From positions 1,368,423 to 1,432,422 of the forward strand of contig JAHBUQ010000002.1 of NCBI GenBank assembly GCA_019637995.1: a stretch of DNA of 64,000 bases, given 5' to 3'. The stretch is from Ignavibacteriota bacterium (GTDB taxonomy: Bacteria > Bacteroidota > Ignavibacteria > Kapaibacteriales > UBA2268). This document shows positions 29,379 through 39,015 of this stretch, piece by piece; position 1 is the stretch's first letter; every line of letters starts with the position of its first letter. The translations under genes and the position numbers were made by a program. The notes under the pieces are model-generated. The model was not told the origin of the DNA, made no database searches, and saw only the letters and a list, made by a program, of their open reading frames with translations.

Positions 29379-29578
29379 GCTGTTTCATATTCAAGTTCTA
29401 ACATTGTAGGATAAATTTCAACATTATCATTTGCCGATAGTACATCAATTGCAAGAGTAATTACTTTTGTTGCTGCATCCTCTTTAGTATTTCCATAAGC
29501 AAGTACTCCGGGAATTGAAGGAATTTCAGCAATCCATCTTCCATCATCCTCTAAATCATATTCTATGCTAAATTTCAT
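29375..29578 (-). CDS. hicB: HicB-family antitoxin (UPF0150)
   Basis: 67 aa, YDLEDDGRWIAEIPSIPGVLAYGNTKEDA pattern of the HicB/UPF0150 RNase-H-like fold. Confidence 0.55.
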   Translation of the reverse strand: MKFSIEYDLEDDGRWIAEIPSIPGVLAYGNTKEDAATKVITLAIDVLSANDNVEIYPTMLELEYETA

Positions 29579-29698
29579 TATTTATACCTTTTTGATTACA
29601 TAATTAATATACGAAATTTTTGATATTTTATTTCAAATCATTTCACTTAGTTTTCCAATTTTCAAAGAACTAAGAACAAGTTAGACAGATTAACTTAT

Positions 29699-30997
29699 TT
29701 AAAGCAAACCAAAAATATATCCTGAAATTGTAGCCATAATTACTACGAGAGTTACAAATACAGCCGTTTTCTTTGTGCCGATTACACTGCGTATGACAAG
29801 TATATTAGGCAGTGATAGTGCCGGTCCCGCAAGAAGCAACGCCAGAGCCGGACCTTTGCCCATACCATTGCCTACCAAACCCTGTACAATTGGTATTTCT
29901 GTCAAAGTAGCAAAATACATAAATGCACCAACGATTGAGGCAAAAAAGTTTGCGGTTATGGTATTTCCACCAACTAAATAACTAATCCATTCTGAAGGAA
30001 TAATGCCTTCATTTCCCGGGCGACCAAGTGCAAAACCGGCAATCAAAACGCCCCAGACAAGTAGCGGAGCAATCTGTTTTGTAAAATCCCATGAGGCAGT
30101 AAACCAATTTTGCATATCATCTTCCTTATCGGTAGCTGTTAGCCAACCGAGTGAAAGCATAGCACCTGCGAATGGTATCATCGGTATTTCATAGAAAAAT
30201 ACTGTCAGCAGCACTACCGGAACAGTAGCAATTATTAATCGGATTTTGTTAACATCGAACCAGAAGGAAAGCACAACGGCAAACAAAATGCCACTTATTG
30301 ATGTTAATACCCATTTCAATTGCCAAATTGTATGGAAAAATACTTCATCCGGGTCAGCTTTACCCCAGTTTGCAAAAATTAGAATGAAAATCATAAGTGC
30401 AAAGTAAACAACATTCTGCCATAATTTACGGCGCATTTCGGGGTCCGGAAGTTCTGCCATAGCATTGACTTTGGCAAGTTCTTCCTTTCGATAAATGAAG
30501 TGCATTATCAAACCTATTACAATACTGAATACTATCGCACCGACAGCACGGGCAACTCCAATTTCAACACCTAATACTTTTGCAGTTAAGATAATAGCAA
30601 GCACATTAATTGCAGGTCCTGAGTACAAAAATGCAATTGCAGGACCAAGACCTGCTCCCATTCTATAAATTCCCGTAAATAACGGTAATACTGTACACGA
30701 GCATACTGCCAGAATACTACCTGACACAGATGCAACTCCATAAGCTAATACCTTATTTGCTTTTGCACCAAGATACTTCATTACAGATTGCTGATTAAGG
30801 AATACACTAATTGCGCCGGCAATAAAGAACGCAGGAATTAGACAAAAGACAACATGTTCCTGTGCATACCATTTCGCAAGGTACAATGCTTCAAATAAGG
30901 CATTGTCAAATCTTGGAACTCCTACCGGCAGGAAGAAAAACCCCAAAAATACTGCACCCAATATCGCAAATATTTTCCATTCCTGTTTCAAGCTCAT
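29699..30997 (-). CDS. ArsP/DUF318-family permease
   Basis: Polytopic membrane protein with AVCSCTVLP (CSC) motif characteristic of the ArsP_1 permease family; directly downstream of arsR. Confidence 0.55.
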   Translation of the reverse strand: MSLKQEWKIFAILGAVFLGFFFLPVGVPRFDNALFEALYLAKWYAQEHVVFCLIPAFFIAGAISVFLNQQSVMKYLGAKANKVLAYGVASVSGSILAVCSCTVLPLFTGIYRMGAGLGPAIAFLYSGPAINVLAIILTAKVLGVEIGVARAVGAIVFSIVIGLIMHFIYRKEELAKVNAMAELPDPEMRRKLWQNVVYFALMIFILIFANWGKADPDEVFFHTIWQLKWVLTSISGILFAVVLSFWFDVNKIRLIIATVPVVLLTVFFYEIPMIPFAGAMLSLGWLTATDKEDDMQNWFTASWDFTKQIAPLLVWGVLIAGFALGRPGNEGIIPSEWISYLVGGNTITANFFASIVGAFMYFATLTEIPIVQGLVGNGMGKGPALALLLAGPALSLPNILVIRSVIGTKKTAVFVTLVVIMATISGYIFGLL

Positions 30998-31014
30998 TGT
31001 AAATCCATCACATT

Positions 31015-31380
31015 TTAAGTTAAATTCAATTTTGGTATGGACATAGTAATAATAAATCTATCTACTTTTTCAATTTTCTCAAGGTCTTGCTTAATAATTT
31101 TGTCATCATTTACCCAAGTGGGAATTAGTGAAAGTATCTCTTCTGCGATTCTGCTTTTGGGTTCATCATTTAGAAGATAATTTATCCACTTGCCATCTTT
31201 TTTATCAACAATCAATCCGGCATCTTTAAGAAATGAAAGATGTGAGGACGCAGTAGAAGTAGCAATTCCAAGAACTTCAGTAATTTCACAAACGCAAAGC
31301 GGCTTGACTTCAAGCATCTTGAGTATTCTTATCCGATTTTTATCAGATAGTGCCTTAGCAATTTTTATTAACTCATCCAT
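31015..31380 (-). CDS. arsR: ArsR/SmtB-family metalloregulator
   Basis: LSDKNRIRILKML...LCVCEITEVLGIATSTASSHLSFLKDAGLI = ArsR HTH with CVC metal-binding motif; start placed at internal Met (MDELIKIA). Confidence 0.75.
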   Translation of the reverse strand: MDELIKIAKALSDKNRIRILKMLEVKPLCVCEITEVLGIATSTASSHLSFLKDAGLIVDKKDGKWINYLLNDEPKSRIAEEILSLIPTWVNDDKIIKQDLEKIEKVDRFIITMSIPKLNLT

Positions 31381-31404
31381 TTTAAAAACTTTTTTCAATT
31401 CGAC

Positions 31405-31424
31405 ATTTCGACAACTATCGAAAT
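31405..31424. promoter_or_regulatory. candidate ArsR operator: ATTTCGA-N6-TCGAAAT inverted repeat
   Basis: Perfect 7-bp arms ~25 bp upstream of the proposed arsR start, in the divergent region shared with the response-regulator gene. Confidence 0.4.
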
Positions 31425-31627
31425 TAAGCAATTTTTAATAAACTGCCAAATTATTTATTGAAAAACTATATATATTTTAGTAAAAAAGTAGTTTATAAGT
31501 AGAAACCGTTAAAAAGCCACTACGTAGTGTTTGGTATTTTGCATGGTAAGTTGCAAAAATACTTTGTAAGTTGATAAATATTTCATACTTTTGCTTATGG
31601 AAAATAAGAAAAAATATTGAGGTTTCT

Positions 31628-32308
31628 GTGAGCAATTTAGAATTAAAAATTTTGATTGCAGATGACCATTTTTTAATAGCAAAACTGCTTAAAATGATGC
31701 TTGTTACAGCCGGTAATAATAATGTAGTTGAGCTTGTCAAAAGTGGAGTTGAGGTATTTGATTTTTTAAAGAATCGAAATGTTGATTTGATAATGCTTGA
31801 TATTGATATGCCTGATATGGATGGTGTACAGGCACTCCGTCAGATAAAATCAGAATATAAAGATATCAAAGTAATCATGATTTCAAATCATACTGAATCG
31901 TGGATGATAAAAAGGTGCCTCAAGCTCGGAGCAGATGGATATATAAGTAAATACGCCGATAGTGACGAAATACTGCATGGAATCAACCTTATTTTTCAGA
32001 ATCAAACATTTATTTGCAACACTTGTATGAAAGCACTATGTGCAACCGGCGGTGAGACAATTGATAATGAAGAAGAGCATAGAATCAGGAATTCGGTTCA
32101 TAATTTGAGTAAACGTGAAATTGAAATTATGAAACTGGTTATAGAAGAATATTCTTCTAAAGAAATCGGTGAACTTTTGTTTATAAGCACAAGGACTGTT
32201 GAAACCCACAGAAAAAATATTTTGAATAAATTAGGTGTTAAGAATAGTCTCGGATTGATTAAATTATTCGTTGAAACTGATTTGATAGATTCGCTCAATG
32301 TGAGTTAA
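31628..32308 (+). CDS. response regulator, REC + LuxR-type HTH (NarL/FixJ family)
   Basis: ILIADDHFLIAKLL...LIMLDIDMPDMDG receiver; C-terminal LSKREIEIMKLVIEEYSSKEIGELLFISTRTVETHRKNILNKLGV; GTG at 31628 preferred over ATG 31571. Confidence 0.8.
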   Translation: MSNLELKILIADDHFLIAKLLKMMLVTAGNNNVVELVKSGVEVFDFLKNRNVDLIMLDIDMPDMDGVQALRQIKSEYKDIKVIMISNHTESWMIKRCLKLGADGYISKYADSDEILHGINLIFQNQTFICNTCMKALCATGGETIDNEEEHRIRNSVHNLSKREIEIMKLVIEEYSSKEIGELLFISTRTVETHRKNILNKLGVKNSLGLIKLFVETDLIDSLNVS

Positions 32309-32329
32309 TGCTAATTATATAAGGAAATA

Positions 32330-33931
32330 ATGGATACTAATGATACTAATATTACGATCAGAGATAAAAAAGATATAGAAATTTCTAATCTTAAAGAAGA
32401 GATAATAAAATATCAGAAAATGCTTGATGCTTCAAGGCTTGAGCTTCAGGAAGCGTTAGAAGAGGCAGAAAAAGCAACAAGAGTTAAAAGTGATTTTATT
32501 GCTAATATCTCTCATGATATTCGCACTCCTATGAATATCATTAAGGGATACAGCGACTTATTACTTAAAACAACTACTGATGAAAATTCAATAAAAATGC
32601 TTAAAAATATCGTGAGTGGCTCAAATACTTTGCTTCTAATTATAAACGATATTCTTGATTTATCAAATATTGAAGCCGGCAAATTAAAAATTATGGCTTC
32701 TAAAACGAATATTCACCATACTATTAATGAAATTTATGATATGTACTATGAGCAGTGTACAAGTCGTGGGCTGGAATTTATTTATGATTACAATAAGGGA
32801 ATTCCACAAACAATTATTATTGATAAATTCAGATTCAACCAAATAATATTTAATTTAATCAGTAATGCCATAAAATTTACTTATCGTGGATATATTCGTG
32901 TATACTTTGATTTTGAATTCGCAGACTCTGAAAAGATTAACTTTACTGTTATTATCGAAGATACAGGAATGGGTATAAAGAAAGAAAATTTCAATATTAT
33001 TTTTGATGCATTTTCTAAAGAGCGACTTGAAAGAAATACCGGACAAATTGGTACAGGATTAGGTCTTACTATTACAAAAAAGCTTGTTGAGAAAATGAAC
33101 GGAACAATAACACTTGAAAGTGAAGAAGATAAGGGCTCAACATTTAAAATTACATTTTTTGATGTTGATTTTGCAATGAATGGAAGGCAGAATGCTAAAC
33201 CGGCTTTCATAATTCCTTCAAGAAAAGATAATTATTTTGCTTTAATTATTGATGACTTTAATTTAAATCGGGCACTTTTAAGAGATTATATCGAAAATTT
33301 CAATATAAATGTCAAGGAGGCAACTAATTACGAGCAAACTATTGAACAAATAAGCCACAATCAATTTGATATTATTTTTATTGATTTGAATATGCCCGGA
33401 AAAAATGGTGAAGAGATTGCTCGTGAGATCAGAAATTCCATATATTATAACAAATGTCCTATTATACTGAGCACTGCAGATATCAGTGAAAAGCTCCAGG
33501 ACATAAATGTATTTGATGACTTCCTTCAAAAACCTTTCGAAAGAAAAGATTTACTTTTCCTTTTCCGAAAATATTTTGATTTCCATTTTGATGAATATAT
33601 CCGTATGAAAAAGCACGAAGAAACCGAGATAGAACTTAAAATGAGCAATCCTGATGAAATACATAAGTTAATAGATTTGATTGATAATGAGTGGAGCAGA
33701 CGGGCTGAATTAATGTCTGAACTTTTCGTTGTAGATGATGTTTACGAGTTTATTGATGATATTAGCAGAGCTTGTGAAGAGCTTAATATTCAGGCTTTAA
33801 ATGATTATTACGAGACTCTTAAATCGTCAATGGATGCATTCAGCGTCAGCAGAACAAAAGCATGCCTGAACCGGCTCCCTGCTCTTAGAGGAGACCTTGC
33901 TGAAGCGCTGGAATTATCACAAATTGAGTAA
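32330..33931 (+). CDS. cytoplasmic hybrid histidine kinase (coiled coil, HisKA, HATPase_c, REC, C-terminal domain)
   Basis: Canonical H-box [15 protein letters not shown]-box [11 protein letters not shown]1 DTGMG, G2 [11 protein letters not shown] with FIDLNMP aspartate; no TM segments. Confidence 0.8.
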   Translation: MDTNDTNITIRDKKDIEISNLKEEIIKYQKMLDASRLELQEALEEAEKATRVKSDFIANISHDIRTPMNIIKGYSDLLLKTTTDENSIKMLKNIVSGSNTLLLIINDILDLSNIEAGKLKIMASKTNIHHTINEIYDMYYEQCTSRGLEFIYDYNKGIPQTIIIDKFRFNQIIFNLISNAIKFTYRGYIRVYFDFEFADSEKINFTVIIEDTGMGIKKENFNIIFDAFSKERLERNTGQIGTGLGLTITKKLVEKMNGTITLESEEDKGSTFKITFFDVDFAMNGRQNAKPAFIIPSRKDNYFALIIDDFNLNRALLRDYIENFNINVKEATNYEQTIEQISHNQFDIIFIDLNMPGKNGEEIAREIRNSIYYNKCPIILSTADISEKLQDINVFDDFLQKPFERKDLLFLFRKYFDFHFDEYIRMKKHEETEIELKMSNPDEIHKLIDLIDNEWSRRAELMSELFVVDDVYEFIDDISRACEELNIQALNDYYETLKSSMDAFSVSRTKACLNRLPALRGDLAEALELSQIE

Positions 33932-34059
33932 GAAATAACTAAGTATTTGATAAATAATTACAATTATACTTTGAGATGATTCAAAAGTACTAATGCAAGA
34001 TTTTTTTGATAGGATAATGTTTTAGAAAATCATATCGAATAGAAATCAATCTATTAATT

Positions 34060-34470
34060 TTAATTCAAAGTATATTCAACTGAAATTGCAGTTTTTAGAA
34101 GTTGTGAAATTGGACAGTTTTTCTCTGCATCTGTAACAAGTTCTGCGAACTTGTCAGCATCAATACCATCAACTACTGCTTTTAATATCAAATGTGAACT
34201 GACAACAGCACCATCTTCAAATTTAATTTCGCATTTTGTTTCCAATGAATCGGGAGTGAAACCTGCTCCGCCGAGATTAAAACTCAATTTCATTGTGAAG
34301 CATCCGGCATGAGCCGCTGCAATTAATTCTTCCGGATTTGTACCAATACCTTCTTCAAATCTGCTGGAGAATGAATATTGTGTTTTGCTCAGGACTGTGC
34401 TTTGAGTTGAAAGGTGTCCTTTTCCTTCTTTTCCACTTCCATTCCAAACTGCTGTTGCTGTTCTTTTCAT
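34060..34470 (-). CDS. OsmC/Ohr-family protein
   Basis: 136 aa; AAAHAGCFTMKL and NCPISQLL conserved Cys motifs of OsmC. Confidence 0.8.
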   Translation of the reverse strand: MKRTATAVWNGSGKEGKGHLSTQSTVLSKTQYSFSSRFEEGIGTNPEELIAAAHAGCFTMKLSFNLGGAGFTPDSLETKCEIKFEDGAVVSSHLILKAVVDGIDADKFAELVTDAEKNCPISQLLKTAISVEYTLN

Positions 34471-34849
34471 TTTAGCTGCCTTAAGTATTTAGTAATATTT
34501 ATTTTTTAATTAACGTGTATCATGACTAAGTATTGATTTGATAAAGTAAATTGATTCATTATATAATATATATTATCAATCTATTTTTTTTTATTGAGTA
34601 TCAAGCTATATATACTAATTTAAATAGATATAATAATTTCGAATTCAATCTGAGAGTAATTATGATTTTGTTGGCTTAAAATAAGTTAGTTAGAATTCCT
34701 TTTCATAATAAGGATAATATTTAAAATGTAATTACTTTGATTAGTTGCTAATGGAAGTGTTTTTGTTTTTATTGCTTTAAGTAGGAAATAAAATATAAAT
34801 ATTATTAATCGTTGATAGGCTCAATACTTTATATATTAAGGATAATATT

Positions 34850-35278
34850 ATGGCTGAATTAAAAACAAAAATAACTGGTAAAAGTGTGCATGAATTCATA
34901 AATTCCTTTGCAGATACCGAACAGAAAAGGCTTGACAGCTTTGAACTCCTGAAGCTGATGCAGGATACCTCCGGTTACGAGCCCAAAATGTGGGGTGATT
35001 CCATGATTGGTTTTGGCAGTTATCATTACAAATCTGAAAGAAGTAGCCAGCAAGGCGACTGGTTTTTAGTTGGATTTTCTCCCAGAAAAGCAGCAATTTC
35101 TCTTTATGTATTTTCAGGACTACCTGAGCATGAATATCTGCTTAATAATTTAGGCAAGTTCAAAATGGGCAAAGCATGTATCTACATCAAAAAATTATCA
35201 GATATTGACCAAAATGAACTCAAAAATTTAATTAGGGAAACTATCAGTTTCCTTGAAACTAAACACGGAAAGAATTGA
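34850..35278 (+). CDS. DUF1801 (YdhG-like) domain protein
   Basis: ~140 aa, pattern (…FINSFADTEQKRLDSFELLKLMQ…GDSMIGFGSYHYK…) typical of DUF1801; AAGGA SD 8 nt upstream. Confidence 0.55.
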   Translation: MAELKTKITGKSVHEFINSFADTEQKRLDSFELLKLMQDTSGYEPKMWGDSMIGFGSYHYKSERSSQQGDWFLVGFSPRKAAISLYVFSGLPEHEYLLNNLGKFKMGKACIYIKKLSDIDQNELKNLIRETISFLETKHGKN

Positions 35279-35332
35279 TTATACTTTTTGGGATAATAAA
35301 TTTAAAGTAAGAAATCAAGAATGCTTTAATCT

Positions 35333-35373
35333 AAAAAACGCCCCGATATACTAAGTTATATCGGGGCTTTTTC
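35333..35373. terminator. bidirectional rho-independent terminator (gccccgatata...tatatcggggc)
   Basis: 11-bp perfect stem, 6-nt loop, A-run on one side and T-run on the other; between convergent genes. Confidence 0.75.
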
Positions 35374-35388
35374 TTGTCTTTTACAGAT

Positions 35389-36591
35389 TTAGTTTTTACT
35401 CTTATAATGCTTATAGAAGTCTCCAATATGTTTGAATGCTTCCTTGAGCACATCTTCCTGAGGAAGAGTTACAATCCTGAAGTGATGTGTTCCCGGCTTT
35501 TGCCCGAACCCGGAGCCCGGAACCACTATTACGCCTGTTTCTTTGATAAGCTCTGAGCAAAAGTGACTGTCATCAGCAACATCAATTGACGGGAAAGCAT
35601 AGAAAGCACCTTCAGGCTTAACAAGGTCAATGCCTTCTATACCTGCAAACGTTTCCATCATAATATTTCTGCGTGTTTCAAGCTTTTTAATCATAACTTC
35701 AAGATGGGACTGGTCGCCTTCGAGAGCCGGCTGAATGGCATACTGTTCAGGATGATTTGCAGATACGCGGGAACGCAAAAGTTTATTTATTGCCTCAATA
35801 TAATCACCCATAATATCGCTTCTGCCGCTTGCCACACCCCATCCGATTCTGAAGCCCGGAGCAATAAAATTCTTTGAGAGACCTGAGAAAGTAATGCATG
35901 AAACGTCCTGATTCAAAGCAGCAATTGAAGTCATTTCCTTACCGTCGAAAAGAAGCTTGTCATAGATTTCATCAGCAATAATCACAAGATTATGTTCTAA
36001 TGCAAGCTCAACTATTTGCTCTAAAGTTTCCTTTTTATAGACAGAGCCTGTAGGGTTGTTAGGATTAATCAGTACTATAGCGCGGGTTTTAGAATTAATT
36101 TTAGAGCGGATATCTTCAATATCCGGCTGCCAATTATTGGCTTCGTCAAGATAATATGGATTTGGCTCTAATTCCAGTTTGCTTTGAACAGCTGTATAAA
36201 GCGGATAACCCGGAGTTGGCATCAGAAAGTTTTCGCCACGGTTCAGAAGAGCAGTAAGACTGATTTCAATTGCTTCACTTGCACCTGTGGTAACAAAAAT
36301 ATCCAAAATGTTATTTATGCCTTTCTTTTGGGCATCTCGTGCGATTGCATCAATCGCTTCTTTTATTCCACTCGAGGGTGCATAGCCGTTTTGATTAGAT
36401 TTTATTGCATTACAGGTTGCTTCAACTACAGTATTAGGAGTTGAGTGGTCAAAAATATTCGGGTCACCTATGTTAAGGTAAAACATTTTTTTGCCGGTTT
36501 TTGCGACCTCATTAGCTAAAATAATAATATCCCTGATGGCATATTTTACATTTTCGGTTTTATGTGCCGGAACAATTTTTTTTAAATTCAT
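35389..36591 (-). CDS. class I/II PLP-dependent aminotransferase (AlaA/AspC-like)
   Basis: Fold-type I aminotransferase pattern with PLP lysine in FSGLSKNFIAPGFRIGW; ~400 aa. Confidence 0.85.
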   Translation of the reverse strand: MNLKKIVPAHKTENVKYAIRDIIILANEVAKTGKKMFYLNIGDPNIFDHSTPNTVVEATCNAIKSNQNGYAPSSGIKEAIDAIARDAQKKGINNILDIFVTTGASEAIEISLTALLNRGENFLMPTPGYPLYTAVQSKLELEPNPYYLDEANNWQPDIEDIRSKINSKTRAIVLINPNNPTGSVYKKETLEQIVELALEHNLVIIADEIYDKLLFDGKEMTSIAALNQDVSCITFSGLSKNFIAPGFRIGWGVASGRSDIMGDYIEAINKLLRSRVSANHPEQYAIQPALEGDQSHLEVMIKKLETRRNIMMETFAGIEGIDLVKPEGAFYAFPSIDVADDSHFCSELIKETGVIVVPGSGFGQKPGTHHFRIVTLPQEDVLKEAFKHIGDFYKHYKSKN

Positions 36592-36776
36592 TTTATAATA
36601 TCTCCATAATCGTATTTTATATAAATGGCGGTTTTTGTAACTTCCACAGTTACAAAATTACGGAAAAAAGCAGTCATTATTAAATTTTATCGTAGAATAT
36701 CAAAAAATACGATTAAAATATTGAGATATTGAGGACAAAATACTTAATAATAAGCAAAAAATTGTTATTTTTAAGA

Positions 36777-36791
36777 TTGTGAAATTCACAA
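36777..36791. promoter_or_regulatory. 15-bp palindrome TTGTGAAaTTCACAA in divergent intergenic region
   Basis: Perfect 7-bp arms; ~170 bp upstream of the VTC gene and ~185 bp upstream of the aminotransferase gene. Confidence 0.3.
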
Positions 36792-36962
36792 ATTCTTAAC
36801 ATTTTAATTAATTTGACAAAATTTGAAAATAATTTGAGATTTTTTTCAAGTTAATGTGTTACTGTAATTAGAAAGTTGTAATTTTAAAAAAGGAAATTTG
36901 CCATATTTATTGAATCAATAAATATTGAAAGAAAAAGCTCGCTTGAAGGGTTTCTTGACAAG

Positions 36963-37742
36963 ATGAATTCATTCAGTCTTTCAGAGCTGAACAAAATTAG
37001 TCCTTCTCGCAGATATGATACTAAATTTATTTGTAATAAGTCAGAATTGAAAAATCTTTTAAAGACACTTTCAACAGATTTCAATATTTTGGATATTGCA
37101 GGTAATAGAATATTTACCTATTCGAATCTTTATTATGATACTGCAAATCTTGATTTCTTCAAAAGCCACATAAACGGAAATCTGGGAAGGTATAAGCTGA
37201 GAAGACGGAATTATAAGCTTACAGGCGATGTATTTATAGAAGTTAAATACAAGAATAATAAAGGTGAAACTAATAAGCACAGGTTTAAATCTCCTTCGTT
37301 GAAAACCAATATATCAAATTTTGAAGATGAAATTAAAACTTTAGTCAAAAAACCACTCAATAAGCTAAAGCCACAGGTTCATGTAGATTATAAGAGAATT
37401 ACTCTGCTCAAGCCGGGTATTTTTGAGAAAGTAACAATTGATTTCGATCTATCATTTCAGATAACAGACGGAAGTTCAATCCGTCTGCCTAATCTGATTA
37501 TTGTGGAGCATAAATCAAAAAGCACAACCGAAAACAGGGAATTTTACAGTTTAATCAAAAGACCTGACTTCAAAAAAATGAGCTTGAGCAAGTATGTATT
37601 AGGATTAATGCTTGCTAAACCTGATATTAAATACAATTCTTATAAACCAAAATTAATAACAATAAATAAAATTTGCAATGGAATCAATTCAGAATATTCT
37701 CAATTCTCTTGGAGTAGCTCCTTCAGCGGCATTTCAGGTTGA
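36963..37742 (+). CDS. VTC-domain protein (CYTH-like, polyphosphate-polymerase-related fold)
   Basis: N-terminal pattern RYDTKF...YYDT..L.F......GNLGRYKLRRRNY typical of bacterial VTC-domain proteins. Confidence 0.5.
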   Translation: MNSFSLSELNKISPSRRYDTKFICNKSELKNLLKTLSTDFNILDIAGNRIFTYSNLYYDTANLDFFKSHINGNLGRYKLRRRNYKLTGDVFIEVKYKNNKGETNKHRFKSPSLKTNISNFEDEIKTLVKKPLNKLKPQVHVDYKRITLLKPGIFEKVTIDFDLSFQITDGSSIRLPNLIIVEHKSKSTTENREFYSLIKRPDFKKMSLSKYVLGLMLAKPDIKYNSYKPKLITINKICNGINSEYSQFSWSSSFSGISG

Positions 37743-38289
37743 ATTTGCATTCAGATTATTAATTAACTTAGTAAGCATTTACATCATTGCCCGCAAAATC
37801 TACCAATTCAGGAGCGGTAATCGTGATTATATGTTTACGATGTTCATTTTCAATGTTGTAATATTTATAATATGTTTTATTCTAAATAGTGCAAGTCTTA
37901 GTGTAGGTTTTGCATTTGGTATATTTGCAATATTTTCAATTCTTCGTTACCGGACCTATACAGTTCCGATTCGTGATATGACTTATATGTTTGTATCAAT
38001 TGCTCTTGCAGTGCTAAATGCTCTTGCAACTGCAAATATTGCTATTGTACATTTGCTTTTTATAAATCTGTTTATAGTGTTGATTGTGTTTTTTACAGAT
38101 AGAAGCTGGATTACATCTGAAATGAAAAAGATAATCCGCTACGAGAAGATTGAATTAATCAAACCTGAAAAACATGATGAATTAATAGCTGATTTAAAGC
38201 AAAGAACGGGTCTCAATGTTACAAGAGTTGACATAGGTAGAATTGATTTGCTAAGAGATACTGTGCTTTTAAGAATATTTTACAAGTAA
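37678..38289 (+). CDS. DUF4956-like integral membrane protein
   Basis: Four predicted TM segments plus C-terminal soluble part; the usual partner of VTC-domain genes; overlaps VTC gene by 65 nt. Confidence 0.45.
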   Translation: MESIQNILNSLGVAPSAAFQVEFAFRLLINLVSIYIIARKIYQFRSGNRDYMFTMFIFNVVIFIICFILNSASLSVGFAFGIFAIFSILRYRTYTVPIRDMTYMFVSIALAVLNALATANIAIVHLLFINLFIVLIVFFTDRSWITSEMKKIIRYEKIELIKPEKHDELIADLKQRTGLNVTRVDIGRIDLLRDTVLLRIFYK

Positions 38290-38292
38290 AAT

Positions 38293-38931
38293 ATGAAATT
38301 TAAATTATTAAAATTATTTTTTATATTTTTTATCATTTTGCATAAAACGAATTCTCAGGTTCCGATAGAACAAACTGAGCAGATTTGGATTGGGAATGAG
38401 TTCGAATTCAGGCTGACAGACGACATCAGATTTGAATTAGCTAATAGTCTTAGAATGGATATTACCAACTCCGATATTGCAAATTCTTTTTTGCAATTTG
38501 GTGCAAGCTATAGATTTTTGGAGTATTTCAGGATTTCAGGTGTTATAAGGATTAAAAATAGCGAACCTGAATGGCTTTCAGAGTATTTTACAAATTTCAA
38601 TATCAATATTCCTATAGGCGATTTCTCCATAAAAACACGAACGAGATATCAGAACAAAGACAATATTTACAGACTTAAGGAGCTTTTAAGACAAAGATTA
38701 ATGTTGGAATATCAAGTCTTTGATAAAACATCATTTGCTGTTTCCGGTGAATTATTCTACGAAACAAATCGTGATTTTATTGACAGAAGCCGGTACAGAT
38801 TTGATGTTAATCATAAACTTGCCAAAAGGCATGAACTAACGCTCGGCTACCTTTTTGAAACACAGCATAACCGCAAAACCCCAAAAAATCGTGATGTTTT
38901 ATATATTAAATTGAGCATAAGAGTAATTTAA
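38293..38931 (+). CDS. hypothetical outer-membrane protein (DUF2490-like)
   Basis: Signal peptide and amphipathic beta-rich sequence; 3-nt gap to preceding gene. Confidence 0.35.
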   Translation: MKFKLLKLFFIFFIILHKTNSQVPIEQTEQIWIGNEFEFRLTDDIRFELANSLRMDITNSDIANSFLQFGASYRFLEYFRISGVIRIKNSEPEWLSEYFTNFNINIPIGDFSIKTRTRYQNKDNIYRLKELLRQRLMLEYQVFDKTSFAVSGELFYETNRDFIDRSRYRFDVNHKLAKRHELTLGYLFETQHNRKTPKNRDVLYIKLSIRVI

Positions 38932-39015
38932 TTCATAATCAAAATTATAAATATATTATTCGTCTTATTAACTGTGATGTGAAAAAATATTATAATTTAT
39001 TAACAATTTTAAAGG

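Noticed and set aside
37678-37742. 65-nt overlap between the VTC and DUF4956 genes as a possible frameshift or annotation error
   Set aside because: Both frames are open and each protein looks complete; overlap is kept as a real feature, but the alternative that the VTC gene ends earlier cannot be excluded without homolog alignment.
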